DNA of 60,420 bases from Acidimicrobiia bacterium (lineage in GTDB: Bacteria; Actinomycetota; Acidimicrobiia; Spongiisociales; JAENVV01): the NCBI GenBank assembly GCA_041577335.1, contig JBFGJH010000015.1:1-60420 (forward strand), written 5' to 3'. The notes under the pieces are model-generated. The model saw only the letters and a list, made by a program, of their open reading frames with translations. It had not been told where the DNA came from and made no database searches. Positions within the stretch are counted from its first letter, which is position 1; the number at the start of each line of letters is the position of its first letter. Below are positions 30,116 to 41,644 of this stretch, in pieces. The translations under genes were made by a program, and so were the position numbers.

Positions 30116-31116
30116 AGCTGGATCGTCCTTCCTGCAAACACGTCCTCGAGCGCCGACTCCGGAGCCGGATACGGGCTGTTCATTGCGAACTCGAGAGCAG
30201 CCTCAACCTCGGCGGACATTGCCTCATGGATGGATGCGAGGTCGGATTCGTTGAGAATCGCCTCTTCCAGCAGACGTTTGCCGTACAAGGTCATCGGATC
30301 GCGTTCGTTCATTTCTTCTTTGAAGTCGTCGGTGCGGTAGGCGTCGGCGTCTCCCTCGAAATGGCCCCACAGCCGATCGGTCTTGATCTCGATGAGACTC
30401 GGGCCGTCGCCCCGCCGGGCGCGAGCGATCGCTTCGCCCATCGCCTCATAAACCGCGACGGGGTCGTTGGTGGCGACAAGCACCCCGGGGATTCCGTACG
30501 CCGATGCGCGATCACTGTTGTCGGGTATGGCCGTAGAGGCCGACTTCGGCACTGAGATCGCGTAGGCATTGTCTTCGCACACAAACACGACCGGCAGGTT
30601 CCACAATGCCGCCAGGTTGAGCGATTCATGGAAGGCACCTTGGTTGGCTGCTCCCTCACCGAAGAACGACAGCGCAACATTGTCTGTCTTGCGGTGCCGG
30701 AAGGCCATCGCGGCCCCAACTGCTACCGGTATGCCCTCTCCGATGATGCCCGAGCACCCAAAATTCGGCTCAACCGAATAGAGGTGCATATGGCCACCCT
30801 TGCCGCGGCCCAGCCCGGTTTCCCGTCCGAAGATCTCAGCGGCCATCTTGTTGAGGTCCACCCCTTGTGCAATCGCCAGATGATGCGGACGGTGGGTGGC
30901 TGTGATGGCGTCGCCGGCCTTGAGATGGGGACGCATGCCCACTGCCACTGGCTCTTGGCCGGCGGCGAGGTGCATTTCACCGGGGATCAATCCTGCGGCG
31001 ATGTCGAAGGCGGGGAGCTTGTCGGCGAAGTAGAGCTCTCGTATGCGCTCCTCGAACCGGCGGATCTTCACCATGGTCTCGTACATGTCGACCAGGTGGT
31101 CCTTGGGGATATCCAC
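30112..31116 (-). CDS. acoA: TPP-dependent dehydrogenase E1 alpha subunit
   Basis: HLAAGQE, THRPH, GKGGHMH, FGEGAANQG...EDN TPP motif, GHFEGD; RBS AAGGAGG before GTG31116. Confidence 0.9.
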
Positions 31117-31209
31117 GGTCGAACCTCCTTTCGTCCAGCCGTGCCCAGCGTGTGCCGGGAGCAATCCGGCTGCTCTGCCGACCATACTCCTGCCACCCTC
31201 GGCGGGCTC

Positions 31210-32133
31210 TCAGAGACGCCGAAAAGCTCGCTCGAGATCGAGAACTTTGGGTCCGTCGATGATGCGCGCCACGCTGTCCCTGGCCGGCAATCGCCGCTCG
31301 CCGTCGAGGGCGACGAGTCCGGCGGCTTCCTCGAGCGACATGGTCGTCCCGATCGGCAAGTCGGTGTACCCGGCGACGGGGACGTTCAGGACGAGACCTG
31401 GGCCGAAGACGGCGCGTACCCTGTCGCTCCCGCCGAAGACAAGGTGGCGGGCATGCCCGGTCTCGAGGGTGCCGAGCGCTCCGCTGATAGAAGCAATCCC
31501 GACTGCGGTCCGCCTGGATGTGGTCACGAGACCTTCAACGAGGTGCTGCGGATCCCAAATAGCGCCGGTGCCGACCCAATGGTCCGTGACGACGACCGCG
31601 TCGATCACCGCCACGGCGCCTCCCCGGCTCGTCTGGACCTCGATGGCCGTGGTTGGGACAAAGGCATCATGGGCTTCAACGACGGCGAGCGCCGTCGCCA
31701 TCCCAACCACGGTGGGCTCATTGGTCAGCGCGAAAGCGTTGTTGGTCCCGGCTGCCAAGGGAACGAGCGGCGCCCCCGGCCAACCCTCGGCCGCGGCGCG
31801 GACGGTGCCGTCGCCGCCGACGGTCACCAGGGCAGCGGCCCCGAGCCTCGCCAGCTCGGCGGCGGCTTCGCGGGTGTCGGCTTCGGTGCCCTGGGCATCG
31901 ATGCCGAGGTACTCCACTTCGGGACTCGCCGTCCCGGCCAGATTGACTCCCCGTCGCACGATTCCCGATTGATCATCGACAGCCGCAACCGTGATGCCGG
32001 CGATCGAGCCAATTCCCACCAGCAGACGGGCGACCAGGTTGGCCTTCTCCTCGGCGTCGATCACCCTGGCCAGCCCGGTGATACGGCGAATGTCCTTGGA
32101 TGAGAACGGGTTGGCGACCAGGCCGACGAGCAT
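31210..32133 (-). CDS. acoX: AcoX / NAD kinase-like protein
   Basis: GLVANPFSSKDIRR, GGDGT, GTNNAF, ALDGER; first gene of the aco-like operon; TAGGGT-N6-ATG. Confidence 0.82.
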   Translation of the reverse strand: MLVGLVANPFSSKDIRRITGLARVIDAEEKANLVARLLVGIGSIAGITVAAVDDQSGIVRRGVNLAGTASPEVEYLGIDAQGTEADTREAAAELARLGAAALVTVGGDGTVRAAAEGWPGAPLVPLAAGTNNAFALTNEPTVVGMATALAVVEAHDAFVPTTAIEVQTSRGGAVAVIDAVVVTDHWVGTGAIWDPQHLVEGLVTTSRRTAVGIASISGALGTLETGHARHLVFGGSDRVRAVFGPGLVLNVPVAGYTDLPIGTTMSLEEAAGLVALDGERRLPARDSVARIIDGPKVLDLERAFRRL

Positions 32134-32166
32134 GCGGTCACCCTAACCGGCCGCCCATGCGGTCAC
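32131..32166 (-). repeat. 11-bp direct repeat flanking the acoX -10 (candidate operator)
   Basis: CATGCGGTCAC at 32131-32141 and 32156-32166. Confidence 0.5.
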
Positions 32167-32244
32167 GGGCACGGCGCCGGCTCAGCGGCGAGTGGAATCC
32201 GGCTCGTACGAACCTGTGCGAGAGTCGGTTCGGCGGCCGAGAAA

Positions 32245-32287
32245 GTGCCAAACGCCTCTGTCCAGGAGGGAGCAGAGACAACAGGCT
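32245..32287 (+). promoter_or_regulatory. DosR-like box + -10
   Basis: GTGCCAAACGCCTC (32245-32258), 23 nt, CAGGCT (32282-32287). Confidence 0.5.
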
Positions 32288-32309
32288 TGAGCCAGACAGG
32301 GAGGTCAAC

Positions 32310-32723
32310 ATGCGACCTGTTAGAAGTGTTGTGCTGCTGGATGCGCCCGAAGGAACTGGGGAGTTCGACGAGGACACCCTCGAGCGTATGGGTCACGAAG
32401 TCATCGTATGCCATGGGCCGGAGCAAAAGCACCTGTGTCCGATCCTCAAGAAGGGCGGCGGTTGTGAGCTCGTCGAGCAAGCGCATGGGATTGTGTTCGA
32501 GTTGGACCTCGACCGCCCGATGCATCGGGCCATATTGCGGCGCTATCAGGAAGTTGTGAAAGAAGGCATTCCAATACGCGCCCTGATCCGCCCGGGACAA
32601 GACGTGAAGTATGCCGACACGCTTGCCGGTGTCGAGACGTGGACGCACGAGCCCAGTGTCGGTGACCTCGACGCGTTTTCTGCCCGAGTCGAAGGCTATG
32701 AACGCACTGCAGAAGAGGAATGA
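32310..32723 (+). CDS. Hypothetical protein with CHGP-x5-CP-x7-C motif
   Basis: RBS GGGAGG before ATG32310; VCHGPEQKHLCPILKKGGGC. Confidence 0.7.
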   Translation: MRPVRSVVLLDAPEGTGEFDEDTLERMGHEVIVCHGPEQKHLCPILKKGGGCELVEQAHGIVFELDLDRPMHRAILRRYQEVVKEGIPIRALIRPGQDVKYADTLAGVETWTHEPSVGDLDAFSARVEGYERTAEEE

Positions 32724-32817
32724 GCCCGACAGATCCAGCTTGGTCGGAAACGCAACTTGCGTTGAGGCACCCGGCGACAGGTGACGAAGGGCGAATGCGG
32801 GTCCGTAGGAGGATGGA

Positions 32818-33471
32818 ATGCCCACCACCACGAAGAAGAAGGTCGAAAAACTCGATCTCAAGAAGCAGTACAAGCACCTCTACCTTCCATCTGCGAAAGC
32901 GGTCTCACAGGTCGATGTGCCCGATTTGCAGTTCACGATGATCGACGGCCGGATCGACGCAGGCGTGCTTCCTGGCGATTCGGAAGAGTTTGGCGAGACA
33001 ATGAGCGCCATGTACGGCGTGGGGTACACGCTGAAGTTCATGTCGAAGCTCGACAAGGCGAATCCGCTCGACTTCACCGTCATGGCGATGGAGGGCCTGT
33101 GGACGGTGCCATCGGGAGAATTCTCATTCGGCGCCGTCGAGCCGTGGCTCTACACCTTGCTGATGCTGCAACCGGATCACATCACCCAGAGCATGTTCGA
33201 AGACGCCGTCGACCAGGCCAACCGCAAGAACCCCAGCCCGGCGTTCGAGCGCATCCGAATGGAGCGATGGCGTGAAGGACCCAGCATCCAACTTATGCAC
33301 ATAGGTCCGTATTCCGAAGAGCCGCGCTCGATCACCATGATGGATGCCTACGCCGAGGAGTACGGTCTCGAACTGCACGGCCGCCACCACGAGATCTACC
33401 TCGGCGATCCTCGTCGAGCGAAGCCGGAGAACCTCAAGACAGTGCTCAGGCACCCCGTTCGTCCTGCCTGA
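32818..33471 (+). CDS. GyrI-like small-molecule-binding domain protein
   Basis: KLDLKKQYKHLY, MEGLW, HIGPYSEE, HHEIYLGDPRR...KTVLRHP; RBS AGGAGG. Confidence 0.85.
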   Translation: MPTTTKKKVEKLDLKKQYKHLYLPSAKAVSQVDVPDLQFTMIDGRIDAGVLPGDSEEFGETMSAMYGVGYTLKFMSKLDKANPLDFTVMAMEGLWTVPSGEFSFGAVEPWLYTLLMLQPDHITQSMFEDAVDQANRKNPSPAFERIRMERWREGPSIQLMHIGPYSEEPRSITMMDAYAEEYGLELHGRHHEIYLGDPRRAKPENLKTVLRHPVRPA

Positions 33472-33474
33472 GGG

Positions 33475-33801
33475 TCATGACAGAGGATGTGATTCGGCGA
33501 GCGTCGGCCCGGCGACCTGCGTCGATGACCTCTCGGCGATTGCCCGATACTGCTCCGGGTCCACGGCGCCGGACGGCAACAAGGCATGCTCCTCGAAGAA
33601 TCGCTCCATGCCTGAGGGCGTGAACATCACCGGAAGTCGCAACGGTCGGTCTTCCTGGTTCTGAAAACAATGAGCCGTGCCCCGCGGAACCAAGACGAAG
33701 GTCTCCGTCCGCGCCTTGATCGTGCTGGCCCCGCCGGCCGGGCCGGCGATGGTCTCGCCGCCTCCTGAGGGGATGACGAACGCCTCAGGTCTGTGAGCCA
33801 T
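33475..33801 (-). pseudogene. Cupin-domain protein with apparent in-frame internal deletion
   Basis: TIKARTET joined directly to FVLVPRGTAHCFQN...MFTPSGMERFF; cupin motif 1 (HxH...E) absent. Confidence 0.6.
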
Positions 33802-33908
33802 GTGTGCAACCTTCAGCCATGACGTCGGCCACGGTGGTCGGCGCTGGTCGACGCTACACCTCGAGTGCGCCAATGGAGCCCGGCCGGTCGAGCTTCACGG
33901 CGAGCGAG

Positions 33909-35048
33909 CTAGTGGGCTGTCGCGGCTCGCGTGCCCGGGGGAGGGGCGTTGGTTCGTCGATAGTCTTGCACCCGCCAGACGACGAGCGCCGATGTGACCA
34001 AGACGACGACGCTGAAGATCCCGAGAATGGTGAATGAATCCCCCGCGATGAGTACCGATGCGATGGCAGGACCGGCCGCCCTGCCGAGCGCCATCGTCGA
34101 CTGCGCATCGCCGATCCGCTCGTCGGGGGCGAGGGACCAACCGGCCATCGAGTGCAGGATGTTGGGCGTAGCCATCCAGAAGAAGAAGCCCCACGCCGTC
34201 ATCCCCACGACAAACAGCGCACCGTGGCCCCCGAAAGCCACCAGCGCGACGGACATTGCCACTCCCGCCACCCAACCCGCTCGCAACCGGGCGGCTGCCA
34301 GGCGGCGAGCAGCGATGAGGCCTGCCAGGGCATTGGCGCTATAGGCAAGCGCAACGACGGTCGGGCTCATCCCCAGCCGGTCGACACCTATTGCCGCCGA
34401 AAACACGAACACCGCCGAGCCCGCCATCGTGATGATCCCCAACACCACGACGAGAATGACGTTCGAGCGCGACGGGCTCATTCGCGTGCGTTCTGCTTTG
34501 AAGCCTTCGAACGTGGCCGGCAGCATCCCCGGTGGCCACGAGACCAGTGCGATGGCCAGGAATACCGCATCCGATCCGAAATTGCGGGCAAGTGCCGACA
34601 AGATGGGTACGGCGATCAACACGGACAGTGGCCCGATCGAAGCGACGCTGCGCATGGCCGAAGAGGCGTGCATGGCGTTCGCCCATGCCAGCCAGACGAG
34701 CAACCCGCCGGCCGCTCCGGCGATTGCTCGGACCCCGAGCAGCAGTGCGAAGTCGGATACCGGGATGCTGGCGAGATTGGCCGCAGTGGCTGCGAGGGAG
34801 CCGATGACGAGATAGCGTCGGTGAGTTCTGAGGGTCCGCCCGGCGAAGAACGCTGTCAGAGCGAAGCCGGCAACCTGGGCAGTCGACATCCAGCCGGCGG
34901 CGCCGAGCGAGATGCCAAATTCATCGGCGATCGTCGGGAGAAGGAATGGTGTCGCCGAGAACAAAACTGATACGGAGATCGCCGCCGCGAGAAGGCCGAG
35001 GTCCTGACGTTGATGGAAAGAGTAGAAGAGCCGGCTTGGGGCGAACAC
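33909..35048 (-). CDS. MFS-type membrane transporter
   Basis: About 12 hydrophobic segments; LLLGVRAIAG; ALGRAAGPAIA. Confidence 0.75.
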   Translation of the reverse strand: MFAPSRLFYSFHQRQDLGLLAAAISVSVLFSATPFLLPTIADEFGISLGAAGWMSTAQVAGFALTAFFAGRTLRTHRRYLVIGSLAATAANLASIPVSDFALLLGVRAIAGAAGGLLVWLAWANAMHASSAMRSVASIGPLSVLIAVPILSALARNFGSDAVFLAIALVSWPPGMLPATFEGFKAERTRMSPSRSNVILVVVLGIITMAGSAVFVFSAAIGVDRLGMSPTVVALAYSANALAGLIAARRLAAARLRAGWVAGVAMSVALVAFGGHGALFVVGMTAWGFFFWMATPNILHSMAGWSLAPDERIGDAQSTMALGRAAGPAIASVLIAGDSFTILGIFSVVVLVTSALVVWRVQDYRRTNAPPPGTRAATAH

Positions 35049-35125
35049 AAGCAGATCAGGCTAGGGCACCGATGGTCCTATGAGGCCAAGTACGGTCCGG
35101 CCGTGCGCAACCGCCGCCGCGATCG

Positions 35126-38100
35126 TCATGCCCAGGCAGAAACGCTGGTGGCAAGGCTGACGATCGTCGGTTCGAGCCGGCGCATGTCGTCCTGAAGGAG
35201 TCGCCATGATTCCCGGCAATTGTCGGTGTTGCCGGCAACGGCGTGCCGCTCGAGGAGCGCGGCAGAGCGCGACGCTGGGTGGGCGGACAACAGGCCGAGG
35301 CTTCCCTTGAGGAGATGGGCTCCCCGTGCCACCACAGTGAGATCGCCCGACTCGAAGCCTGCTCGAATCTCCTCCATCACAGCTGGGTACTCGAGCTGGA
35401 ACTCCTGAACGAGTTCTACGGCAATATCGGGCATACCGCCCAGGCGCTCCAAGGCCTCAAAGCGGTCGAGGACTTCAGCGTCGTCGGAGCTCGCCGGCGG
35501 TTTCTCGATCTCGACTCTTCCGCTGGCAACTTGCTCGAGAGTTGCGAAGAGCTCCTCGGGTCGGAATGGTTTCGAGACGTAGGCGTCCATCCCTGCGTCG
35601 AAACATCGTTGACGGTCGGCGTCGGTGGCGTGGGCCGTCAGCCCAATGATGGAAAGGTGCCCGGTCTCGAGGCGGCGGATCGTGGCTGTTGCTTCGAGCC
35701 CGTCCATCTCCGGCATCTGCACATCCATGAGGACTGCGTCGAACTCGCCCGCCAACGCTGCCTCGACGGCCTCGCGGCCGTTCTCGACGGGTGTGACGTC
35801 GTGGCCGCGCTTCTCGAGGAGCCTGGTTGCCAGCATGCGGTTGGTGGGGCTGTCATCGGCCATGAGAACACTGAGTCGGGGCCGGCGAGTGCGGAGCCAG
35901 TGGCGGGTAACCAACTCATTCGACGACCGACTTCCGCTGGAAACGACGCCGATCACCTCGACGAGCTCGCCAGGACCCATCGGCTTGGACAGGTATCCGG
36001 CGACACCCGCAGCCCGGTACTTCGCTGCGTCACCACGTTCCCCGAGTGGGGCCACGACAACGACCGGGATGTCCTCGAGGAGAGGCTCGTTCATCAAGCG
36101 GCGTGTGATCTCGTAGGTCCCCGATGGAACGTCGACGACTATGGCTCCCAGGCCAGGTTGGCCGCTGCCAGTGTCGAAGATGGCTTCGAACGCGCCGGAC
36201 AGATCTCGCGCGACGATGGGATGAAGCCCTCCCTGTCGCAATGTCTCGGCTGTCGAGCGCCTTACCTCATCGGAGTCAGAGATGACCAAGATTCTCGATC
36301 CAGCTTCGCCCGATCCCACCCAGGCCATGGAATCGGCCGACGCCTCCTTGAGCTTGGCCGTGACATGGAAGGTGCTCCCGGCACCGCTCTCGCTTTCCAC
36401 CCAGATGGTGCCGCCCATCATCTCGACGAGCTGCGTGGAGATCGAGAGCCCGAGCCCAGTTCCCCCGAAGCGCCGGGTGGTCGATCCGTCTGCCTGCGTG
36501 AAGGGATCGAAAATCGAGGCCAAGCGATCGGGGTGAATCCCAATCCCGGTGTCGCGGACCCACATGTGCAGTTCGACCTCGTCGCCGAGGTCCTTCAGGA
36601 GCTCGACGCCCACCTGTACGCCGCCGACGTGGGTGAACTTGAGAGCGTTCCCGACCAGGTTGAAGAGGATCTGGCGAATCCGGCCTGGGTCGCCAACCAC
36701 TGCATCCGGCACCTTTTCGTCGACCGTGTGCGTGAGTTCCAGCCCCTTCTCGGTGGCCCGCAGCGCCAGCGTTCGGAGGGTATCTCCAATGGTGTCGGCC
36801 AGGCTGAATGGGATCGATTCGAGTTTGAGCTTGCCTGACTCGATCTTGGCGATGTCAAGCAGGTCGTTGATCAAAGTGATCAAGGCGTCGATCGAGGTTC
36901 TGATCGTGCCGAGGTACTCGCGCTGTTCGGGCGAGACTTCCGTTCCCAAGGTGAGCTCGGTCATGCCAAGGATCGCGTTCATCGGAGTTCTGATCTCATG
37001 GCTCACATTGGCAAGAAACTGGGACTTGCTCTCGGTGGCAGCTTCTGCGGATTCCTTGGCCGCAAGCAGCTCTTCTTGGGCGTGCTTGCGGTCTGTCACG
37101 TCCCTGGTGGACGCATGGAGCCGGATGAGGCGGTGTGTTTCGGGGTCGTTGATGGGCTTGATCGTTGTCTCGAACCATCTCCATGTCCCCAGCTTGCACC
37201 TCATGCGGTAGTCGATCGTCGCAGTTCCCGGTTGGCTCATGACCTCGTCGAGGGCGTGTTGGAGCCGGGCGACATCGTCAGGATGAGTCATCTTGATCGG
37301 GTTTGCGCCGATCAGGCTGTCGGGCGAGCAGCCCAGCAGGGCCTCGCTGGCCGGGGATACATACAGATACTCGCCGGTCGGAGAGTGGCTCGAAATCATG
37401 TCGGTGGAGTTCTCGGCCAGCAGCCGGAAGCGAGCTTCGGAATCGCGCAGGGCCTTTTCTGCTCGTATACGGTCTGTGACGTCCCGCGATGAGATCACCC
37501 AGCCTTGGACCGACTCGTCGGCGAGCATGTTGCGAGCGGTGGCTTCGAACGTTCGCCAGCTGCCATCAGCGTGACGGACGCGGTGCGCGACCGGGCGGCC
37601 CGTTTCCCCGGGTGCCAAAGCGAGGCCGGCCTCGGCAATCGCGGCGACGTCGTCGCTGTGCACGAACTGCCCGAATGGCTTGCCGATCATCGCCGCCGGA
37701 GAGAGTCCGATCAGGCGCTCGACCGAATCACTGATCCAAGAGATGATCCCCTGCGTGTCGAGAATGAACAGCAGGTCGGCGGCGTTCGAGGCGATCACTT
37801 GAAGGCGCCGTTCCTGGTTGGCGAGTTCGAGCTGAATCTCCATCGCGCGTTCCGAGGCCTTCAATTGAGAAACGTCGACGATCGAGACCACAACTCGAGA
37901 GAGGTCGAAGCCGCCCGGAATCCGCGGTGCCGTCCAATGGAGCACACAGTCGATCTCGCGCCCCGCCAGCGTCAGGCCGGCCAAGTCGCACGTCGTCGCA
38001 TCCTTCCCGTCCCAAACAGCCAGCAATTGCCTGACCACGCTGTCACGAGTCTCAGGCCGGTAACTCTCGGGGCTGAGCGTGCCGACGAGTTGCTCGCGGC

Positions 38101-38833
38101 TCGACGCTTCGAGCAATTCCACGGTGGCGGCGTTGACGTTGGTAACTTTGATCAATGCGAACGCCTCGCGCACGAGATCGGGGTGCTGGGCGAGGTGGGC
38201 TTCCAGGTCGACAACGCCTTTTCGCCTCAGCTCAGCAAGCCAAGCCGCCACGCCCGTGAAGTCTTCTTGGAGGATCGAAACCGGTGTGCGGTCGAACAGG
38301 TTTTCGTACCGGAGCTCCGTTGCTTCCAGCGAGTGGAAAGTACCCCGCAGGCCCAGAGCGATGAGGACGTAGATCGCCAGCTGAGTGATCAGCAGGCCGA
38401 GCTCATCGTCCATCGGGTTGAGAATCGGCTGGGCGAGCCAGAGGAATGCGAGATAGCCATGGTATAGCCACCGACGATTCGGTCGGGCAAAGGCACTTCC
38501 AATCCCACCGAGAGCGGCTACCGCCAGCCAAAGCGCTCCGGCCGACAGTGTCGCGAAGAACATCCCGCTGGCGCCCGTGAGGGTCACCACGATCACCATG
38601 AGCACATCAGCTCGCGGCTCGTCGCGGCGCAGCTGGAAATGGGCAATTGCCGCCGAGATCACGGCCACCCCCGCTCCGGCGGCGAGGGTGGGTTCGCCAT
38701 CGACAAACGACATGGCGAGGAGGAGCGGCGTCATGACCAGTGCGACCGTTCGGGCCACATTCACGAAGTCGAGTTCCACCGGACGGCGGACGATGTGATG
38801 CTGGTCAGCTCGCTGGTTGGTGGGCGTTGACAC
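35126..38833 (-). CDS. Membrane-bound PAS-domain hybrid histidine kinase with two REC domains and Hpt
   Basis: N-terminal TMs, three [65 protein letters not shown]; start approximate (GTG38833; ORF open to 39055). Confidence 0.9.
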   Translation of the reverse strand: MSTPTNQRADQHHIVRRPVELDFVNVARTVALVMTPLLLAMSFVDGEPTLAAGAGVAVISAAIAHFQLRRDEPRADVLMVIVVTLTGASGMFFATLSAGALWLAVAALGGIGSAFARPNRRWLYHGYLAFLWLAQPILNPMDDELGLLITQLAIYVLIALGLRGTFHSLEATELRYENLFDRTPVSILQEDFTGVAAWLAELRRKGVVDLEAHLAQHPDLVREAFALIKVTNVNAATVELLEASSREQLVGTLSPESYRPETRDSVVRQLLAVWDGKDATTCDLAGLTLAGREIDCVLHWTAPRIPGGFDLSRVVVSIVDVSQLKASERAMEIQLELANQERRLQVIASNAADLLFILDTQGIISWISDSVERLIGLSPAAMIGKPFGQFVHSDDVAAIAEAGLALAPGETGRPVAHRVRHADGSWRTFEATARNMLADESVQGWVISSRDVTDRIRAEKALRDSEARFRLLAENSTDMISSHSPTGEYLYVSPASEALLGCSPDSLIGANPIKMTHPDDVARLQHALDEVMSQPGTATIDYRMRCKLGTWRWFETTIKPINDPETHRLIRLHASTRDVTDRKHAQEELLAAKESAEAATESKSQFLANVSHEIRTPMNAILGMTELTLGTEVSPEQREYLGTIRTSIDALITLINDLLDIAKIESGKLKLESIPFSLADTIGDTLRTLALRATEKGLELTHTVDEKVPDAVVGDPGRIRQILFNLVGNALKFTHVGGVQVGVELLKDLGDEVELHMWVRDTGIGIHPDRLASIFDPFTQADGSTTRRFGGTGLGLSISTQLVEMMGGTIWVESESGAGSTFHVTAKLKEASADSMAWVGSGEAGSRILVISDSDEVRRSTAETLRQGGLHPIVARDLSGAFEAIFDTGSGQPGLGAIVVDVPSGTYEITRRLMNEPLLEDIPVVVVAPLGERGDAAKYRAAGVAGYLSKPMGPGELVEVIGVVSSGSRSSNELVTRHWLRTRRPRLSVLMADDSPTNRMLATRLLEKRGHDVTPVENGREAVEAALAGEFDAVLMDVQMPEMDGLEATATIRRLETGHLSIIGLTAHATDADRQRCFDAGMDAYVSKPFRPEELFATLEQVASGRVEIEKPPASSDDAEVLDRFEALERLGGMPDIAVELVQEFQLEYPAVMEEIRAGFESGDLTVVARGAHLLKGSLGLLSAHPASRSAALLERHAVAGNTDNCRESWRLLQDDMRRLEPTIVSLATSVSAWA

Positions 38834-38943
38834 CCTTAAGATTCGACCGGATTCCCGCCGGACTTGAGGTTCCCTTGCGGGCCCTCCTCGATCGGCGGAT
38901 TGCAACTCGGTAGGTTGAAGTGGCGAAACACGGCGGAGGTGCG

Positions 38944-40281
38944 ATGTCCCAAACCGAAGAATCAGCTGATGGCCAAGCCGAGGCGAAGTCAGAGCATCCG
39001 GCCTACCTCTCAGGATTTGGCAATGAGTTTGCATCGGAGGCCGTCCCTGGAGCACTGCCGGAGGGGCAGAACAACCCGCAGAAGCCGCCGCTCGGTCTCT
39101 ATACGGAGCAGCTGTCCGGCACGGCGTTCACGGTTCCCAATCAGCGCAACCGGCGAACCTGGTTCTATCGGATCCGGCCATCGGTTCGGCACGCGTGGAG
39201 ATTCACGGAGGCCGGCAACCATGCGATTCGAACCGCCCCATGTCGCGAGGACAACCCACCGATTGGTCAGCTGCGGTGGGACCCGCCTCCGTTCCCCGAC
39301 AAACCAACGAGTTTCGTAACGGGAATCCACACGATTGCGACCAACGGCGACGCTCACACACAAACGGGCATGGCCGCACATATCTACATGGCCACCGAAT
39401 CGATGACCGATACCTACTTCTACAACGCCGACGGCGAGTTCCTCGTCGTGCCCCAAGAAGGGTGCCTTCGGTTCGTGACGGAATGCGGCGTGCTGATCGC
39501 CGAGCCTGGCGAGATCGTGGTCATTCCTCGCGGGATGGTGTACCGGGTCGAGCTCGTCGACGATCGAGCCCGTGGGTACATCGCCGAGAACTATGGCACG
39601 TATCTCGAACTGCCGGACCGAGGGCCGATCGGCGCCAACGGCCTCGCCAACCCGCGCGACTTCCTCTATCCGGTCGCTGCGTACGAGGATCGCGAGCAGG
39701 GAGGCGAGCTATCGGTGAAATTCGACGGCCGGATATTCGCGGTCGAGACCGACTATTCACCGCTCGACGTGGTGGGATGGCATGGCAATCATGCCCCGTA
39801 CAAGTATGACCTGCGTTGCTTCAATGTGATTGGGTCGATCAGCTTCGATCATCCCGATCCCTCGATCTTCACCGTGCTCACCGCACCCTCGCCCGACGTG
39901 GGTGTCGCCAACCTCGATTTTGTTGTCTTCGCCGACCGATGGCTGGTAGGAGAGCACACGTTCCGGCCACCGTGGTATCACAAGAACATCATGAGCGAAT
40001 TCATGGGCATCCTCTATGGCGTGTACGACGCCAAAGAGGAGGGGTTTGCACCCGGGGGGATGAGCCTGCACAACATGTACTTCCCTCATGGCCCCGATCA
40101 CGACGCGTGGCTGAAGGCGACGAGCTCGGACCTGCAACCCGAGAAGCTGTCGGACACGATGTCGTTCATGTTCGAAACCCGCTATCCACTCATCCCCACG
40201 GCGTATGCCGGTACCATCCCTGCCCTCCAAGACGACTATCCGAGTGTCTGGCACAGCCTCGAGCGGCATTTCGAGGCCTGA
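38944..40281 (+). CDS. hmgA: Homogentisate 1,2-dioxygenase
   Basis: [68 protein letters not shown]. Confidence 0.95.
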   Translation: MSQTEESADGQAEAKSEHPAYLSGFGNEFASEAVPGALPEGQNNPQKPPLGLYTEQLSGTAFTVPNQRNRRTWFYRIRPSVRHAWRFTEAGNHAIRTAPCREDNPPIGQLRWDPPPFPDKPTSFVTGIHTIATNGDAHTQTGMAAHIYMATESMTDTYFYNADGEFLVVPQEGCLRFVTECGVLIAEPGEIVVIPRGMVYRVELVDDRARGYIAENYGTYLELPDRGPIGANGLANPRDFLYPVAAYEDREQGGELSVKFDGRIFAVETDYSPLDVVGWHGNHAPYKYDLRCFNVIGSISFDHPDPSIFTVLTAPSPDVGVANLDFVVFADRWLVGEHTFRPPWYHKNIMSEFMGILYGVYDAKEEGFAPGGMSLHNMYFPHGPDHDAWLKATSSDLQPEKLSDTMSFMFETRYPLIPTAYAGTIPALQDDYPSVWHSLERHFEA

Positions 40282-40291
40282 TTCCGAGCTA

Positions 40292-40780
40292 TCAGGGCTC
40301 GCCAATGAGCCAGCGCGCCACGAAGGGCGCAGCGCTGACAATCAGGATGACACGCACGAGGTGGGTTGCGACGACGATGGCGCTGTTGGCGCCGATATCG
40401 GCCGACAAAGCCGCCATTTGCGTGATTCCGGCCGGCGAAGACGACAGGAACGCCGTGGCGGTGTCGACGCCCATCAGTCGCAGTAGATAGGTCAACGCCA
40501 CGCCGGTGAGAATCAGGGTTGCCACCACCACGACAACAGGCCAGAAGGCCTCCCGAAGTGTGCTGAGCGTATCCCGCGTGAACTGTTCACCCAGGAGCCA
40601 GCCCAGTCCGGCGTAGGCGACGAATCGGAACCAACCGGGCATGGGGTGGATCTCGATTGGACTGAGGCTGAGGGCGATGGCGGCAACCATGCCGCCGATG
40701 AGCGCGCCCGCCGGAACTTTGAGCCGGTCGAAGATCAGCGCACCAACACCTACTACAACCACTGTCTGTACCGCCTGCAT
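40292..40780 (-). CDS. AbrB-family (membrane, AidB-regulator type) single-repeat protein
   Basis: LKVPAGALIGGM, TAFLSSSPAGITQM, VVATHLVRV; RBS AAGGGG before ATG40780. Confidence 0.8.
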   Translation of the reverse strand: MQAVQTVVVVGVGALIFDRLKVPAGALIGGMVAAIALSLSPIEIHPMPGWFRFVAYAGLGWLLGEQFTRDTLSTLREAFWPVVVVVATLILTGVALTYLLRLMGVDTATAFLSSSPAGITQMAALSADIGANSAIVVATHLVRVILIVSAAPFVARWLIGEP

Positions 40781-40963
40781 GGGTCCCCTTTCGTTTGCCC
40801 ATTGCGGGCGTCGGATGTGCTGTCTTGGCGCCCCGCGCGCCCAAGGGCGCCGTGGCAAGCTACCCAGGATACGGGGCAAGCCGCTGCTCTCAGGGCTTTG
40901 GACGCGAGGCCCAGTACGAGCGTCGTCCACCACCAGGCTGCTCCAGCGGCGTACGCTGGGGAT

Positions 40964-41314
40964 GTGGATATCGAGTATCTCGGTTTCGGGTCGATCGTCA
41001 TTGGCGGGGCGCACTTCGACCACGACGTGGTGATCGAGAATGGCGCAGTCCGTGAACGAGACAAAGCACCTTCGCGCGCCCGCAAGCGGGGAGGGCACAC
41101 ACCCCTGTCGGCAGACGAGGACCTGCCCTGGGGCGGCACAGAACTGGTCATCGGTTCCGGCTACTCGGGTCGCTTGCCGGTTCTGCCAGAGGTGGAGCTG
41201 GAGGCGATACGAAAGAAGGTCGAACTCATCGTCCTGCCAACCGCCGAGGCGTGCGCGCTGCTCGGAGACGCGGAGGCGCCAACGGTCAACGCCGTGCTTC
41301 ACCTCACCTGCTGA
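40964..41314 (+). CDS. Mth938/DUF498-like domain protein
   Basis: FGSIVIGG..FDHDVVI, GHTPLS, LVIGSG, LPTAEAC, LHLTC; TACGCT-N6-GTG. Confidence 0.8.
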   Translation: MDIEYLGFGSIVIGGAHFDHDVVIENGAVRERDKAPSRARKRGGHTPLSADEDLPWGGTELVIGSGYSGRLPVLPEVELEAIRKKVELIVLPTAEACALLGDAEAPTVNAVLHLTC

Positions 41315-41347
41315 CGACGCGCTCAAGTTCCGTCCTACACTCGGCGT

Positions 41348-41644
41348 ATGGCCGAATGGATCTACTTCATCCACCCACCTCGTGAGAATTTCGCGGAAAC
41401 CATGACGGCGACTGAGGAAGCTGCGTGGAGCCTCCACTTCGACCGGTTGAAGCGCCTTCGCGACGAGGGATCGCTCATACTGGCCGGACCCACGCTCGGC
41501 CGGCACAACACTGGCATCGTGGTGTTCGAGGCGGAGGACGAAGACAGCGCTCGTACGACGATGGAAGAAGACCCGGTGGTGAACGGAGGATTCGCTCAAG
41601 GTGAGCTCCGAGAGTTCCGCGTGTCGCTGCTGCGGTGCCCATGA
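41348..41644 (+). CDS. YciI family protein
   Basis: HFDRLK...LILAGPT...GIVVFEA...EDP; TACACT-N6-ATG. Confidence 0.8.
   Translation: MAEWIYFIHPPRENFAETMTATEEAAWSLHFDRLKRLRDEGSLILAGPTLGRHNTGIVVFEAEDEDSARTTMEEDPVVNGGFAQGELREFRVSLLRCP

Noticed and set aside
35243..38467. + strand ORFs 35243..36838 and 37505..38467
   Set aside because: Antisense to the hybrid kinase.
40292..41599. 435-aa ORF as a single gene
   Set aside because: Only the last 162 aa (from ATG40780, with RBS) are AbrB-like; the rest is antisense to the Mth938-like and YciI genes.
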